64,000 nt of DNA, from positions 757,055 through 821,054 of the forward strand of contig JBFWNL010000001.1 in NCBI GenBank assembly GCA_050251055.1, written 5' to 3'. A model generated the notes under the pieces. The model worked only from the letters and a program-made list of their open reading frames with translations. It was not told the origin of the DNA and searched no databases. How positions within the stretch are numbered: the stretch's first letter is position 1; each line of letters starts with the position of its first letter. Positions 37,491 to 46,697 of the stretch are shown one piece after another. The stretch is from Bacteriovoracia bacterium. Lineage in GTDB: Bacteria; Bdellovibrionota; UBA1018; JBFWNL01. Made by a program: the position numbers and the translations under genes.

Positions 37491-38954
37491 CTATTTCTTG
37501 CGTCCTAAGATTCCACAAGCGAACTCGACGAACCGGCGCCCCATACCGATGGCATGAAAGGCGCGAACGGCTCTCTGCATTTCTGTTTGCAATTTGCGAT
37601 CCGCGATGAGGGAGCCAAACCGCTCGATCTCGGTAGCTAATGCCAGCTGGCGAGCCGGATTGATCTTCACTTCCTTATCTAGATAAGCCAATCGCCGCCG
37701 GACGATTTCCGCGAACGGGCCGTCCGGCGCTTTCTTCAGTTCTTCCGCCACGCGTTTCCATGTCGCCTCCGGCCAATCGGAAGCCAACGCGAGCGTCGCT
37801 TCCGCGGCGTCTTGGGCATTCCCCATTCCCGGCAAGCGGAACCGCTGGGTTTTCACCCGATCGATCGCCTCGTCGAAAATTCGCTCCATATCCGGCCGTA
37901 CCGCCACGGGTTTAGCTTTCAACGTTGTGCGCGCCTTCTGCCAATCGGCCTCCAGACCGCTACCCAAGCTTGCGATCTTGCCGCTCACCATTGCCTGGCG
38001 TTTTGTGCGATCTTTTTCCTTGGCGACTTGCATGGCAAAATCAAAGTGCTGCGATGGCTGCCCGTTCACCATCTTCGGCGCGCCCTCTTCGTATCGAATG
38101 CGTGCATCTGCGAAGCCGACGTTTCCGTAATCCGCCATGGCCCCGGAGCGGGAATATTGCATGCCCCAAGTTTTGCCGTCCAAGATTGGACCATGTCCCT
38201 CGGAATAAACGCGACCGAGATGCGCTTGCCTTCCCACGGCCGCCGCCGGGATCTCCATCCCGTCGCGATAGATGCGAAAGGGGTACTCCATCACGAAATA
38301 GCTATCCACAGTTTGCATGGCCGGTCCGCCCGCAGCGTGATCGATGTCCGCTAGGCGCTGCACGAGTTGCTGCTTGTAAACCTCTTCGAGCGCATTGTGA
38401 ATACCAACCATACCATCGGTGGCCGCCTGATTCTGCACGCTTTCGATTTCCCGCGCGACTCCATGCGCGGATTGAAAATCGCGAATCTGGCGTTCCGCCG
38501 ATCCCGTCTGCCGCGCCGACAGGCCGTTCCCTTTTAGGTCAACCATACCCGCCACTTCATTTCCGACATTCATTTCAATCGTGCCGGAACGGTTCCAGCC
38601 GGCCTGCCGATAGTCGGCTTTCACGTCATTCGCGTCGAACTCGAAGTCCCGCGTAAAACGCACACCCGCCAGGCGCAGCTGGGTACGGCTCACATAGCTA
38701 GCTTGATCCAAGATCCATTGGTCGATCTGGGCTTCACTCCAGGCGCGGGTAGCCGGAAAGTCTCTTTGAATTGCCTCGTAGTTCACCCATACGAGACGGC
38801 AGTTTTTCACCCGAACGCTATCGTTATGGAAAACCTCCAAAGGCAGGTCTCCCGACCTACGGGGCCGCCAAGGCTCGTCGGAGTACGCGGCCGGCGAATA
38901 TGCGTTTAGAATGAGCAGGCAAAACACCCCCACCCACTTGAACCAAGATGCCAT
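37491..38954 (-). CDS. Secreted hypothetical protein with SelO/YdiU-like motifs
   Basis: Signal peptide; RLVWVNY, VDLKGNG, DGMVG..ALEE, GAMADYG resemble SelO-family elements. Confidence 0.5.
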   Translation of the reverse strand: MASWFKWVGVFCLLILNAYSPAAYSDEPWRPRRSGDLPLEVFHNDSVRVKNCRLVWVNYEAIQRDFPATRAWSEAQIDQWILDQASYVSRTQLRLAGVRFTRDFEFDANDVKADYRQAGWNRSGTIEMNVGNEVAGMVDLKGNGLSARQTGSAERQIRDFQSAHGVAREIESVQNQAATDGMVGIHNALEEVYKQQLVQRLADIDHAAGGPAMQTVDSYFVMEYPFRIYRDGMEIPAAAVGRQAHLGRVYSEGHGPILDGKTWGMQYSRSGAMADYGNVGFADARIRYEEGAPKMVNGQPSQHFDFAMQVAKEKDRTKRQAMVSGKIASLGSGLEADWQKARTTLKAKPVAVRPDMERIFDEAIDRVKTQRFRLPGMGNAQDAAEATLALASDWPEATWKRVAEELKKAPDGPFAEIVRRRLAYLDKEVKINPARQLALATEIERFGSLIADRKLQTEMQRAVRAFHAIGMGRRFVEFACGILGRKK

Positions 38955-38961
38955 CCGCTTC

Positions 38962-38988
38962 TAATCGGCATTTCTGGGCGGACGGTTA
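38962..38988 (-). promoter_or_regulatory. Putative sigma28/FliA promoter (near-leaderless transcript)
   Basis: TAAC-N15-GCCGATTA; -10 box ends 7 nt before ATG 38954. Confidence 0.6.
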
Positions 38989-39033
38989 AACGGCGGTCAA
39001 AATTTTGACCTGGCTGTGGTATGCCTACCCCGA

Positions 39034-40662
39034 ATGATCCATCTCACGAATATCACCAAGAATTACGGCCAAAAGGTCCTTTATAAAAACGGCAGTTTCC
39101 AAATCAACGCCGGCGACAAGATTGGGCTCGTAGGCCCCAATGGCGCGGGCAAAACCACCATTTTCCGTATCATCTTGGGTCAAGAACACCTGGACGGGGG
39201 CGACGTCGCCAAATCGCCTAACCTCGTCATCGGTTACTTCTCCCAGGACGTAGCCGAAATGCGCGGACGCTCGGCACTGGAAGAAGTGAAGTCCGGTGCG
39301 GGCCGCGTGTCCGAACTCGCCGAAACGATTTCCACCATCGAAAAGCGCCTACAGGACAGCGCCGAGAATCCCATGGACGACGACGAGATGGCGGCCATTC
39401 TGGAGACCTATGGCGAAGCCCAGCTCGAGTTCGAGCAGCGCGGCGGCTACGACCTCGACGCGCGCGCGAAAACCATCCTCACCGGCTTGGGCGTTGGTCC
39501 CGAAGACTATAATCGCCCCGTCGAATCATTCAGCGGCGGCTGGATGATGCGTATCGCGCTCGCCAAGATCTTGGCCCTGCAGCCCGACGTACTATTAATG
39601 GACGAGCCGACCAACCACTTGGACCTCGAGTCCATCGAGTGGCTCGAAGCCTGGTTGAAAGACTTCAAGGGCTCGATCGTCATGACGAGCCACGATCGCG
39701 AGTTCATGAACCGAGTCGTGAACCGCATCGTCGAAATCGCTAATCAGGCGATCACCGTCTACACCGGTAACTACGATTTCTACGTGCGTGAGCGCGACAT
39801 CCGCCGCGAACAGCTCCTCGCCGCCCACCGCAAGCAGCAGGACATGCTCGCAAAGGAGGAGGAGTTCATCGCCAAGTTCGCGGCGCGCGCGTCGCACGCG
39901 GCACAGGTCCAGTCGCGCGTGAAAAAACTGGAAAAGATCGACCGCATCGAGATTCCCGCCGAGGAAAAAACCATGCAGTTCGAGTTTCCCACCCCGCCCC
40001 GCAGCGGCGACGACGTGGTGAAGCTCGATAATCTGGGTAAACGCTACCCCAAGGATGGTGGCGGCGAGAAACTCGTTTTTTCAGGCGCTACGGGCATGGT
40101 GCGCCGGCTCGATAAAATTGCGGTGGTAGGCGTGAACGGTGCCGGAAAATCCACCCTCCTTCGCATCATGGCGGGTTTAGCGGAAGCGACCGAAGGCTCG
40201 GCCAAGATGGGGCCTTCCGTGAAGATGGGTTACTTCAGCCAGCATTCCCTGGAAGTACTAAGTTCGAACAAGACAATCTTCGACGAAATCTCGGATCGCA
40301 TCCCCCATAGCACCATCGGCTACGTACGAAACCTACTGGGTGCCTTCCTTTTCAGTGGCGACGACGTCTATAAGAAGATCAGCGTGCTCTCCGGCGGCGA
40401 AAAATCCCGCGTGGTGCTCGCTACCATTCTCGCGAATCCGGTGAATTTCCTGATCCTCGACGAGCCGACCAATCACTTGGATATCAAATCGCGCGAGATG
40501 CTGATGGATGCCGTGCGGAAATTCGATGGCACGGTCGCGCTCGTGAGCCACGATCGCCACTTTTTGAAAGCGATCGCCAATCGCGTCTTCGAAGTCGGCA
40601 AGGGCCGCCTGAACGTCTACGAAGGGTCCTACGCCGAATACCTCGAGCGCCGCCCGCACTAG
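39034..40662 (+). CDS. ABC-F family ATP-binding protein
   Basis: Two ABC domains (GPNGAGKT, FSGGW, DEPTNHLD; GVNGAGKS, LSGGE), no TM segments. Confidence 0.95.
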   Translation: MIHLTNITKNYGQKVLYKNGSFQINAGDKIGLVGPNGAGKTTIFRIILGQEHLDGGDVAKSPNLVIGYFSQDVAEMRGRSALEEVKSGAGRVSELAETISTIEKRLQDSAENPMDDDEMAAILETYGEAQLEFEQRGGYDLDARAKTILTGLGVGPEDYNRPVESFSGGWMMRIALAKILALQPDVLLMDEPTNHLDLESIEWLEAWLKDFKGSIVMTSHDREFMNRVVNRIVEIANQAITVYTGNYDFYVRERDIRREQLLAAHRKQQDMLAKEEEFIAKFAARASHAAQVQSRVKKLEKIDRIEIPAEEKTMQFEFPTPPRSGDDVVKLDNLGKRYPKDGGGEKLVFSGATGMVRRLDKIAVVGVNGAGKSTLLRIMAGLAEATEGSAKMGPSVKMGYFSQHSLEVLSSNKTIFDEISDRIPHSTIGYVRNLLGAFLFSGDDVYKKISVLSGGEKSRVVLATILANPVNFLILDEPTNHLDIKSREMLMDAVRKFDGTVALVSHDRHFLKAIANRVFEVGKGRLNVYEGSYAEYLERRPH

Positions 40663-40671
40663 GCTTCGGCG

Positions 40672-41319
40672 CTATTCGCGCACGGACCCCAGTGCCTGCT
40701 GGAGCTTGCGCTTATAGTGGATATTCGCGAGAACGAAGCCGCCATAAGTAAGCGCCAGCCAAATCGGAATTACGAACGGTCCCAGCTGCCTGAAACTGAA
40801 TCCCCATTGGGCCTCTACCTCGATACTCACCAGGACGGTCGCGATCGCGCCCGCAAACGGCATGAGCACGATCGTACCGCATCCATAGTAAGCGCCCGTG
40901 CTCTCGCCGTGCTCCTTCCACTGCGCGGGCGTCATCTTGGAGCGTTCGTCACGCTCGGCCTTCGCCAGCGCGCGTTTGCTGGCGTCCGCTCGCCTTCCGT
41001 ACGGCAAGATTTCGTTGAGATAAGGCACGAGATACAAGCTCGTGAGCAAGCCCATCACGAGCGAAACCACCTGACGAAACGAAGATCGGGTGATCGCCTT
41101 GCGGCCATTGATCCATTCCCAATCGTTTGGAATGAACTGCAAAACGAAGCGATGAAAAAGAAACGTGTTCAGCGCAAAGAGTCCAAACCACATCAACGTG
41201 TGGGCGACCTGAATCCATCCCACCTTGTCCTTACGGGAAAACTTCCAGAACGGTTTGAGTCGGGATCGATCCATAAGTTTAGTTTGACGGGCACGGCTCC
41301 CTGAATCAACTGATTCCAT
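40672..41319 (-). CDS. Hypothetical membrane protein (about 4 TM)
   Basis: Four hydrophobic segments; no motif recognised. Confidence 0.55.
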   Translation of the reverse strand: MESVDSGSRARQTKLMDRSRLKPFWKFSRKDKVGWIQVAHTLMWFGLFALNTFLFHRFVLQFIPNDWEWINGRKAITRSSFRQVVSLVMGLLTSLYLVPYLNEILPYGRRADASKRALAKAERDERSKMTPAQWKEHGESTGAYYGCGTIVLMPFAGAIATVLVSIEVEAQWGFSFRQLGPFVIPIWLALTYGGFVLANIHYKRKLQQALGSVRE

Positions 41320-41430
41320 TGACGCAACCCGCCCTAACCCTCTAATTCCATAACATTTTCTTTTTATCTAGACGCATCGCATATTGATTATTTATAATAA
41401 TTAACAATAATATTTTATTTTAACAAGGAC

Positions 41431-42588
41431 GTGGCCATGAACACCCCCCGCCTTCAGCCAATCCAGCCGCCTTCGATCCAACTCCTCCTTGCCGTCGCCA
41501 GCTTAGTTGCGACTGCGGGCTGCCAAATCGGCGAAACCGAGCAGGACCTCATCTTAAACGCCTTCGCCCCCAATCCCGGCCCGAGCTCGACTCCCACGCC
41601 CCCGGTGCCACCCCCCCTTTGCTACAGTGAGCGCACGGTTCAACCGTCCGTTCAGGTCACCAATAAACTGGATTTACTGTTTGCCGTCGACACCTCCGGC
41701 TCGCTTGCCGAAGAGCGCGCCGCCATCGCGAACGGTATCGACGCGTTCGTCGCCCAACTTCCCGCCAACGTCAATTTGCGTGTAGGCGTGATGCTCGGAC
41801 ACGCGCAAAGCCAATGGTCCGGCGCGCTTTACAAGAAAGGCTCCGAACCGCATGTCCTCAGCTCCGAAACCATGACCTTGGCCCAGATCCGCACCCAATT
41901 GGGAAACAAGCTCTCTAACCCCGCGCAGGAAACCATCACCGATTTCGGCGAAGCGACCCTGTATTCCCTTCACCGCGCGGTGAGCGAACCCGCGAAGCTG
42001 GCCGCTATCCAGAGCCAAGGTTTTTTCCGAAACGACGCCGCCCTGGCCGTAATTTTCGTCAGCGACGAAAACGATATCTGCGCGATCTACCCGGCGGGCG
42101 TTACCCGCGTGCCAGATCCGGATAATCTCGAGCTTCCCGCCTTCAATCAGTTTTGCTCTCCCGGAGGACAAGCGCTCACCCCGGGACGCTTGGTCACGGA
42201 GCTGCATCAGCTGAAGGGTTTTCAACCCCTCGTACTGTCGGCGATCGTCTATAACAATGCGGCCACGATGCCGATCTACGGCGAAAACGAAATCGGCTAC
42301 GGCTACATCGAGACCGTCCAAGCCGATAATGGGCTCGTCATCGACCTAGGCAGCGGCAACTACCAAAACGGCCTCGCGCAACTGGGCGCGCTCGCTTCGA
42401 TCGAGCTAAACCTCCTGACGGATTTCACGTTGCAGCATTCCCCCGTGAACCAAGCTTCGCTCGACGTACAAATCGACGGAATCGGAACCGGCGACTATGC
42501 CTTCAACCCGGCGACAAACACCGTGCACATTGATCAGCCAGGCGGAGCGAACTCGGTGGTCGACATCACTTACTGCCTCGAAGATTAA
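41431..42588 (+). CDS. vWA-domain lipoprotein
   Basis: TAGC lipobox; DLLFAVDTSGS MIDAS; FFRNDAALAVIFVSDEND. Confidence 0.8.
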   Translation: MAMNTPRLQPIQPPSIQLLLAVASLVATAGCQIGETEQDLILNAFAPNPGPSSTPTPPVPPPLCYSERTVQPSVQVTNKLDLLFAVDTSGSLAEERAAIANGIDAFVAQLPANVNLRVGVMLGHAQSQWSGALYKKGSEPHVLSSETMTLAQIRTQLGNKLSNPAQETITDFGEATLYSLHRAVSEPAKLAAIQSQGFFRNDAALAVIFVSDENDICAIYPAGVTRVPDPDNLELPAFNQFCSPGGQALTPGRLVTELHQLKGFQPLVLSAIVYNNAATMPIYGENEIGYGYIETVQADNGLVIDLGSGNYQNGLAQLGALASIELNLLTDFTLQHSPVNQASLDVQIDGIGTGDYAFNPATNTVHIDQPGGANSVVDITYCLED

Positions 42589-42731
42589 GGCCGCCCAATT
42601 CTTAAGATCACGTCAAGAAAGCGCCGAAAATGCGTCTTTTTTGACACATTCTCAGATTGCTCGGCATTTGTTACCCTCTGTCTATTACAAGCCATTTCCT
42701 CTAACATGGTACGTAGGAGATTGAGGAAGGT

Positions 42732-42968
42732 ATGCAGCAACTTTGGACTAAAATCACCGTTGGCGGCGGTATATTCCTTTTAGCGAGCGTGTTTTCGCCG
42801 GATCTTTCGGCGTGGGCCGCGGACGAGGAAGAAAACAAGGCCACCCAGGAGGACGCCGAGATGGCGGCCACCGAAGCGCAGCTGGCCGCTAGCTTTATCG
42901 ATGCCGATTTTGGCAACGTCGAGCCCCCCACGGAGCTACCGTCGTTTAATGCGGCTACGGGCCTATAG
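42732..42968 (+). CDS. Small acidic secreted hypothetical protein
   Basis: SD GAGGAAGG; signal peptide ending AWA; overlaps trpS 3' end by 14 bp. Confidence 0.5.
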   Translation: MQQLWTKITVGGGIFLLASVFSPDLSAWAADEEENKATQEDAEMAATEAQLAASFIDADFGNVEPPTELPSFNAATGL

Positions 42969-43959
42969 AGGGAAGAAAACCCAGCCGCTCGTAGACTTTT
43001 TTAAGCGTAACCGCCGCGCGCGCCTGCGCGCGCTCCGCGCCCTTTTTCAGTACGGAATCAAGATATTTCCGATCTGCTAGCAGCCGCGCCGCCTCGTCCC
43101 GGATCGGTTTCAGCGCATTCACGACAATTTCCGCCGTCTCCACCTTCAGATGCCCATACTGCTTGCCGGCGTAACTGACCGCGATCTCCTCGGGCGTCTT
43201 GCCCAGTAGCGCGGCCTGGATGGACAAAAGGTTCGAAACGCCCGGTTTTTCGTCGGCGTATGCGATCTCGCTGCCCGAATCAGTTACCGCGCGCTTGAGC
43301 TTGTTGGTAATCTGGGCATCCGTATCGCTCAAAAACACCGCACCTGCGGGCTCCGACTTACTCATCTTCGCCGTCGGATTTTGCAGATCCATAATACGGC
43401 TGCCGATCTTGGCGATGTACGGCTCGGGCACCACGAAGAGGTCTTTTCCGTAGACGTTATTCATGCGGATGGCGAGATCACGCGTAAGCTCTAAATGCTG
43501 TTTCTGATCATCCCCCACGGGCACGACATGAGTTCCGTACAGCAGAATATCCGCCGCCATCAGCACCGGGTAATCGAAAAGTCCTACCGGAATATTTTGT
43601 CCGGCCTTTGCGCTCTTATCCTTATACTGGGTCATGCGTCCCAGCTCGCCCATGTAGGCGAAGCAGTTGAGCACCCAACCGAGCTCGGCGTGCGCCGGCA
43701 CATGGGACTGCACGAAAAGCGTGCAGGCGTTGGGATCCAGCCCGGCCGCGAGGTAAGTCGCGATCGCGAAGTAGGTATTGTCGCGCAGCTGCTTCGGATC
43801 CTGCCGCACGGTGATCGAATGCAAGTCCACCAAGAAGAACAAGCAATCGTAGTCTTTCTGTAACTGCACCCAATTTCGGATCGCGCCCAGGTAGTTCCCG
43901 AGCTGGATCTGGCTCGTGGGTTGTACTGCCGACAGCATGATTTTCTTGGAGGCCGACAT
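42955..43959 (-). CDS. trpS: Tryptophanyl-tRNA synthetase
   Basis: QPT..QLGNYLGA, YPVLMAADIL, VPVGDDQKQHLELTRD, KMSKS. Confidence 0.97.
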   Translation of the reverse strand: MSASKKIMLSAVQPTSQIQLGNYLGAIRNWVQLQKDYDCLFFLVDLHSITVRQDPKQLRDNTYFAIATYLAAGLDPNACTLFVQSHVPAHAELGWVLNCFAYMGELGRMTQYKDKSAKAGQNIPVGLFDYPVLMAADILLYGTHVVPVGDDQKQHLELTRDLAIRMNNVYGKDLFVVPEPYIAKIGSRIMDLQNPTAKMSKSEPAGAVFLSDTDAQITNKLKRAVTDSGSEIAYADEKPGVSNLLSIQAALLGKTPEEIAVSYAGKQYGHLKVETAEIVVNALKPIRDEAARLLADRKYLDSVLKKGAERAQARAAVTLKKVYERLGFLPSIGP

Positions 43960-43985
43960 CGCGTTTCCTTATAATAAACTTTACG

Positions 43986-44663
43986 TCACATCAGCCCGAA
44001 CAAGTGGGCCATGAGATTCACCGATTGAGTGGCCAGGAAATGGATCGGGATGCCGATAATCTGGATCGCGCCCGTCATGATGAGCGCCAGGATGATCCAA
44101 AAACTATACTGGGCCATCGCTTCGTACTTCTGCGTCGCCGTGTAGGAGAGAAAGCTTTGAATCATCTTACTCCCGTCGAGCGGGGGAATCGGCAATAGGT
44201 TGAAGATCGCCAACGAAAAGTTGAGCCCCACCGCGACCTGCGCCATCTGAAAAAGCGGCTCATAAAGATAAAACTCATTCGAGGAGAAGCGCAGAAGCGC
44301 GCACAAGAAGGCCGCCGCGAGCAACGCAAGCGTAATGTTCATGAGCGGGCCGGCGAAGGAAACCCAAAACAACCCCGAACGGTACTTTTTGAAACGGTTG
44401 GGATTGATCGGCACCGGCTTCGCCCAACCGAAAAGGATGGGGGAATTGGTGGCGAACATCATGAGCGGCAAAATGACCGTGCCCATCAGATCCATGTGGG
44501 GAGCCGGGTTCATGGTCAACCGGCCGGAATCCCGCGCCGTATTATCGCCCCATTTACTGGCCACGAAGCCGTGCGCGAATTCATGCAGCACCACCGCCAT
44601 GATAAACGGAACTATATTGATCGCCAGTCGTTGCATGAGGAGGTTCAGATCGAAGTCACCCAT
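43986..44663 (-). CDS. Site-2 protease (peptidase M50)
   Basis: HEFAHG, GWAKPVP, AGPLMN, FNLLPIPPLDG. Confidence 0.95.
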   Translation of the reverse strand: MGDFDLNLLMQRLAINIVPFIMAVVLHEFAHGFVASKWGDNTARDSGRLTMNPAPHMDLMGTVILPLMMFATNSPILFGWAKPVPINPNRFKKYRSGLFWVSFAGPLMNITLALLAAAFLCALLRFSSNEFYLYEPLFQMAQVAVGLNFSLAIFNLLPIPPLDGSKMIQSFLSYTATQKYEAMAQYSFWIILALIMTGAIQIIGIPIHFLATQSVNLMAHLFGLM

Positions 44664-44684
44664 GCCGGCATCCTAACATAGTTT

Positions 44685-45638
44685 TTAGCCGCGGGGGTGA
44701 TGCTTGCGATGAACCTGCTTTAAATGATCGGGTGCTACGGCGGTATAGATCTGGGTCGTACTCAGATCCGAATGGCCCAGCAACATTTGCAAGGAGCGCA
44801 AATTCATACCGGATTGCAATAGATGAGTCGCGAACGAGTGACGTAAAACGTGGGGTGAAATGGGCGCCGAAATCCCTGCCACGACCGCCAAGCGCTTGAG
44901 GGTCTTCCAAAATGCTTGCCGGGTTAAGCCTTCCCCGCGCTGACTGAGGAATACCTGGGGCGTAGGCGAGCGCACGAGGTGCGCACGGTGGTGCTCCAAG
45001 TATTCATGCAAAACCTCTCCGGCCGCCGGCGCGAAAGGAACCACGCGCTCCTTACCGCCCTTACCGATCACCCGCAGGTAGGCGTTTGCCCCATCAATCG
45101 CGGGCAAGGACAAACCCACGAGCTCGGAAACCCGCAAGCCCGTGGCGTATAAAATAAAGATCATCGCCCGATCGCGCGCGCGCAGCGCCCCCGCGACTTT
45201 CTCGGCTTTTTCCTTATCTTTTACGCCTACGTCATAGGGCAACCCAGCGTGCGCGCACTTCAGCAGCGCCTCGATATCGGCCATACTCAGGCTTTTGGGT
45301 AAACGCCGATCCGCTTTGGGTGACGCCAAAAGGTCCGTAGGATTTTGTTCGAGTAACTCTTCGAGGCAACAAAACTTGAAGAACTGCTTCAGGGTGCTGA
45401 CCTTGCGACGGATGGAGGCGGCCTTTTGTGCCTGTCTGCGAAGTCCGCGAAAGAAGCTCTCCAAATCGGCGGCTTCAATCGTGCCTAGCGCCTTGCCCTC
45501 CGGGAGCGTCGAGAAGAACTGGAGGAGATCTCGCCGATAGGACTCCAAAGTGTGCTGCGATGCGCCACGATCAAGCCGTTTCGCATTCAGAAACTCATGC
45601 ACGGCATCGGGAGCGGAGGGTTTTGCGCGATCGCCCAT
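44685..45638 (-). CDS. xerD: Tyrosine recombinase XerD
   Basis: YATGLRVSEL, GKGGKER, TRQAFW, SPHVLRHSFATHLL, LGHSDLSTTQIY; start taken as ATG 45638. Confidence 0.9.
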   Translation of the reverse strand: MGDRAKPSAPDAVHEFLNAKRLDRGASQHTLESYRRDLLQFFSTLPEGKALGTIEAADLESFFRGLRRQAQKAASIRRKVSTLKQFFKFCCLEELLEQNPTDLLASPKADRRLPKSLSMADIEALLKCAHAGLPYDVGVKDKEKAEKVAGALRARDRAMIFILYATGLRVSELVGLSLPAIDGANAYLRVIGKGGKERVVPFAPAAGEVLHEYLEHHRAHLVRSPTPQVFLSQRGEGLTRQAFWKTLKRLAVVAGISAPISPHVLRHSFATHLLQSGMNLRSLQMLLGHSDLSTTQIYTAVAPDHLKQVHRKHHPRG

Positions 45639-45794
45639 CCCCTTAATATAACAAGCATTTAGAATGATTGTGCATTTATTATCTAAATTTCTTGGGTCTT
45701 GCCTTATCAAAACACTTCGATATGATGGTTCGAGTTTGGGCCCTGTGGGGGGTGCCAAAAAACTAACGCTACTTGTACCCGTAGGAGACTTCCG

Positions 45795-46697
45795 TTGGTT
45801 CATCACCGCGTACCGATCACGATCCGCCTCGAAAGCTTCGAAGGCCCACTCGATCTACTCCTCTACCTGATTCAAACGCATGACCTCGACATCTCGAAGG
45901 TTTCGCTATCCAAGATCACCGATCAGTTCGTGGCCTACGTTCGGCTCCTGCAGGAGCTGAACTTCGACTTCGCGTCCGACTTTCTCGTGATGGCCGCCAC
46001 CCTCGTACAGTGGAAAAGCAAAGCCATCCTGCCCAACGAAAATCAAGATCAGCTCGCCGCCGGCGAAGAGGAAGAGCAAGGGATGTCGCAGGAAGATCTG
46101 CTGCGCCAGTTGCTCGAGCACCAACGATTCCTGGCCGCGGGCGACGATCTAGCGCAGATGCCGCGCCTCTGGGAAGACGTTTTCGTGCGACCGAATGCAA
46201 AGCCCCCCACCCACCGTATCTGGCGGGAAATGAACGCAACGGATCTAGCGCTCAGCTACCAGGACAGCCTCACGCGCGCGCGCAAGCGCAAGCAGATCCT
46301 TCGCAAGGAAACGGTTTCGCTCACGGAAAAGATCATGGAGTTCGGTCGACGCTTGGAGATGGGCAAGATGACCGAGTTCGCCGAACTCATCACGCTCACG
46401 GGCGACCGGCCCGAAACCGTCGTGACCTTCCTCGCCTCGCTCGAGCTTTCGCGTCTCAAGCGCATGCGAATGCACCAGGAGCAGACTTACGGACCGATCT
46501 ACCTCGAGCTCATCGAAACCCTACGCGGCTTCGATATGACGCTCGCCTCCGGATTTGATTTACCGCCGTCGGCAAACCTCATTACTTCCGTGGAGGCGGC
46601 CGCGAAGGCCGCCGAAATCGCCAACCTTTCCGATGCTGAGCAAGTCCAGCTCGCCGCCGTACCGCCTGACGCGGCCCCTGAAGGAGCCCATTTATGA
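45795..46697 (+). CDS. scpA: Segregation and condensation protein A
   Basis: FEGPLDLLLYLI, FLVMAATL, VVTFLASLEL. Confidence 0.95.
   Translation: MVHHRVPITIRLESFEGPLDLLLYLIQTHDLDISKVSLSKITDQFVAYVRLLQELNFDFASDFLVMAATLVQWKSKAILPNENQDQLAAGEEEEQGMSQEDLLRQLLEHQRFLAAGDDLAQMPRLWEDVFVRPNAKPPTHRIWREMNATDLALSYQDSLTRARKRKQILRKETVSLTEKIMEFGRRLEMGKMTEFAELITLTGDRPETVVTFLASLELSRLKRMRMHQEQTYGPIYLELIETLRGFDMTLASGFDLPPSANLITSVEAAAKAAEIANLSDAEQVQLAAVPPDAAPEGAHL

Noticed and set aside
41340-41375. dif-like half site (AATTCCATAA)
   Set aside because: No XerC arm at the 6-bp spacing
44685-45638. Tyrosine recombinase as a prophage/island integrase
   Set aside because: XerD-type motifs (TRQ.FW, SPHVLRHSFATH) and housekeeping context (trpS, scpAB)
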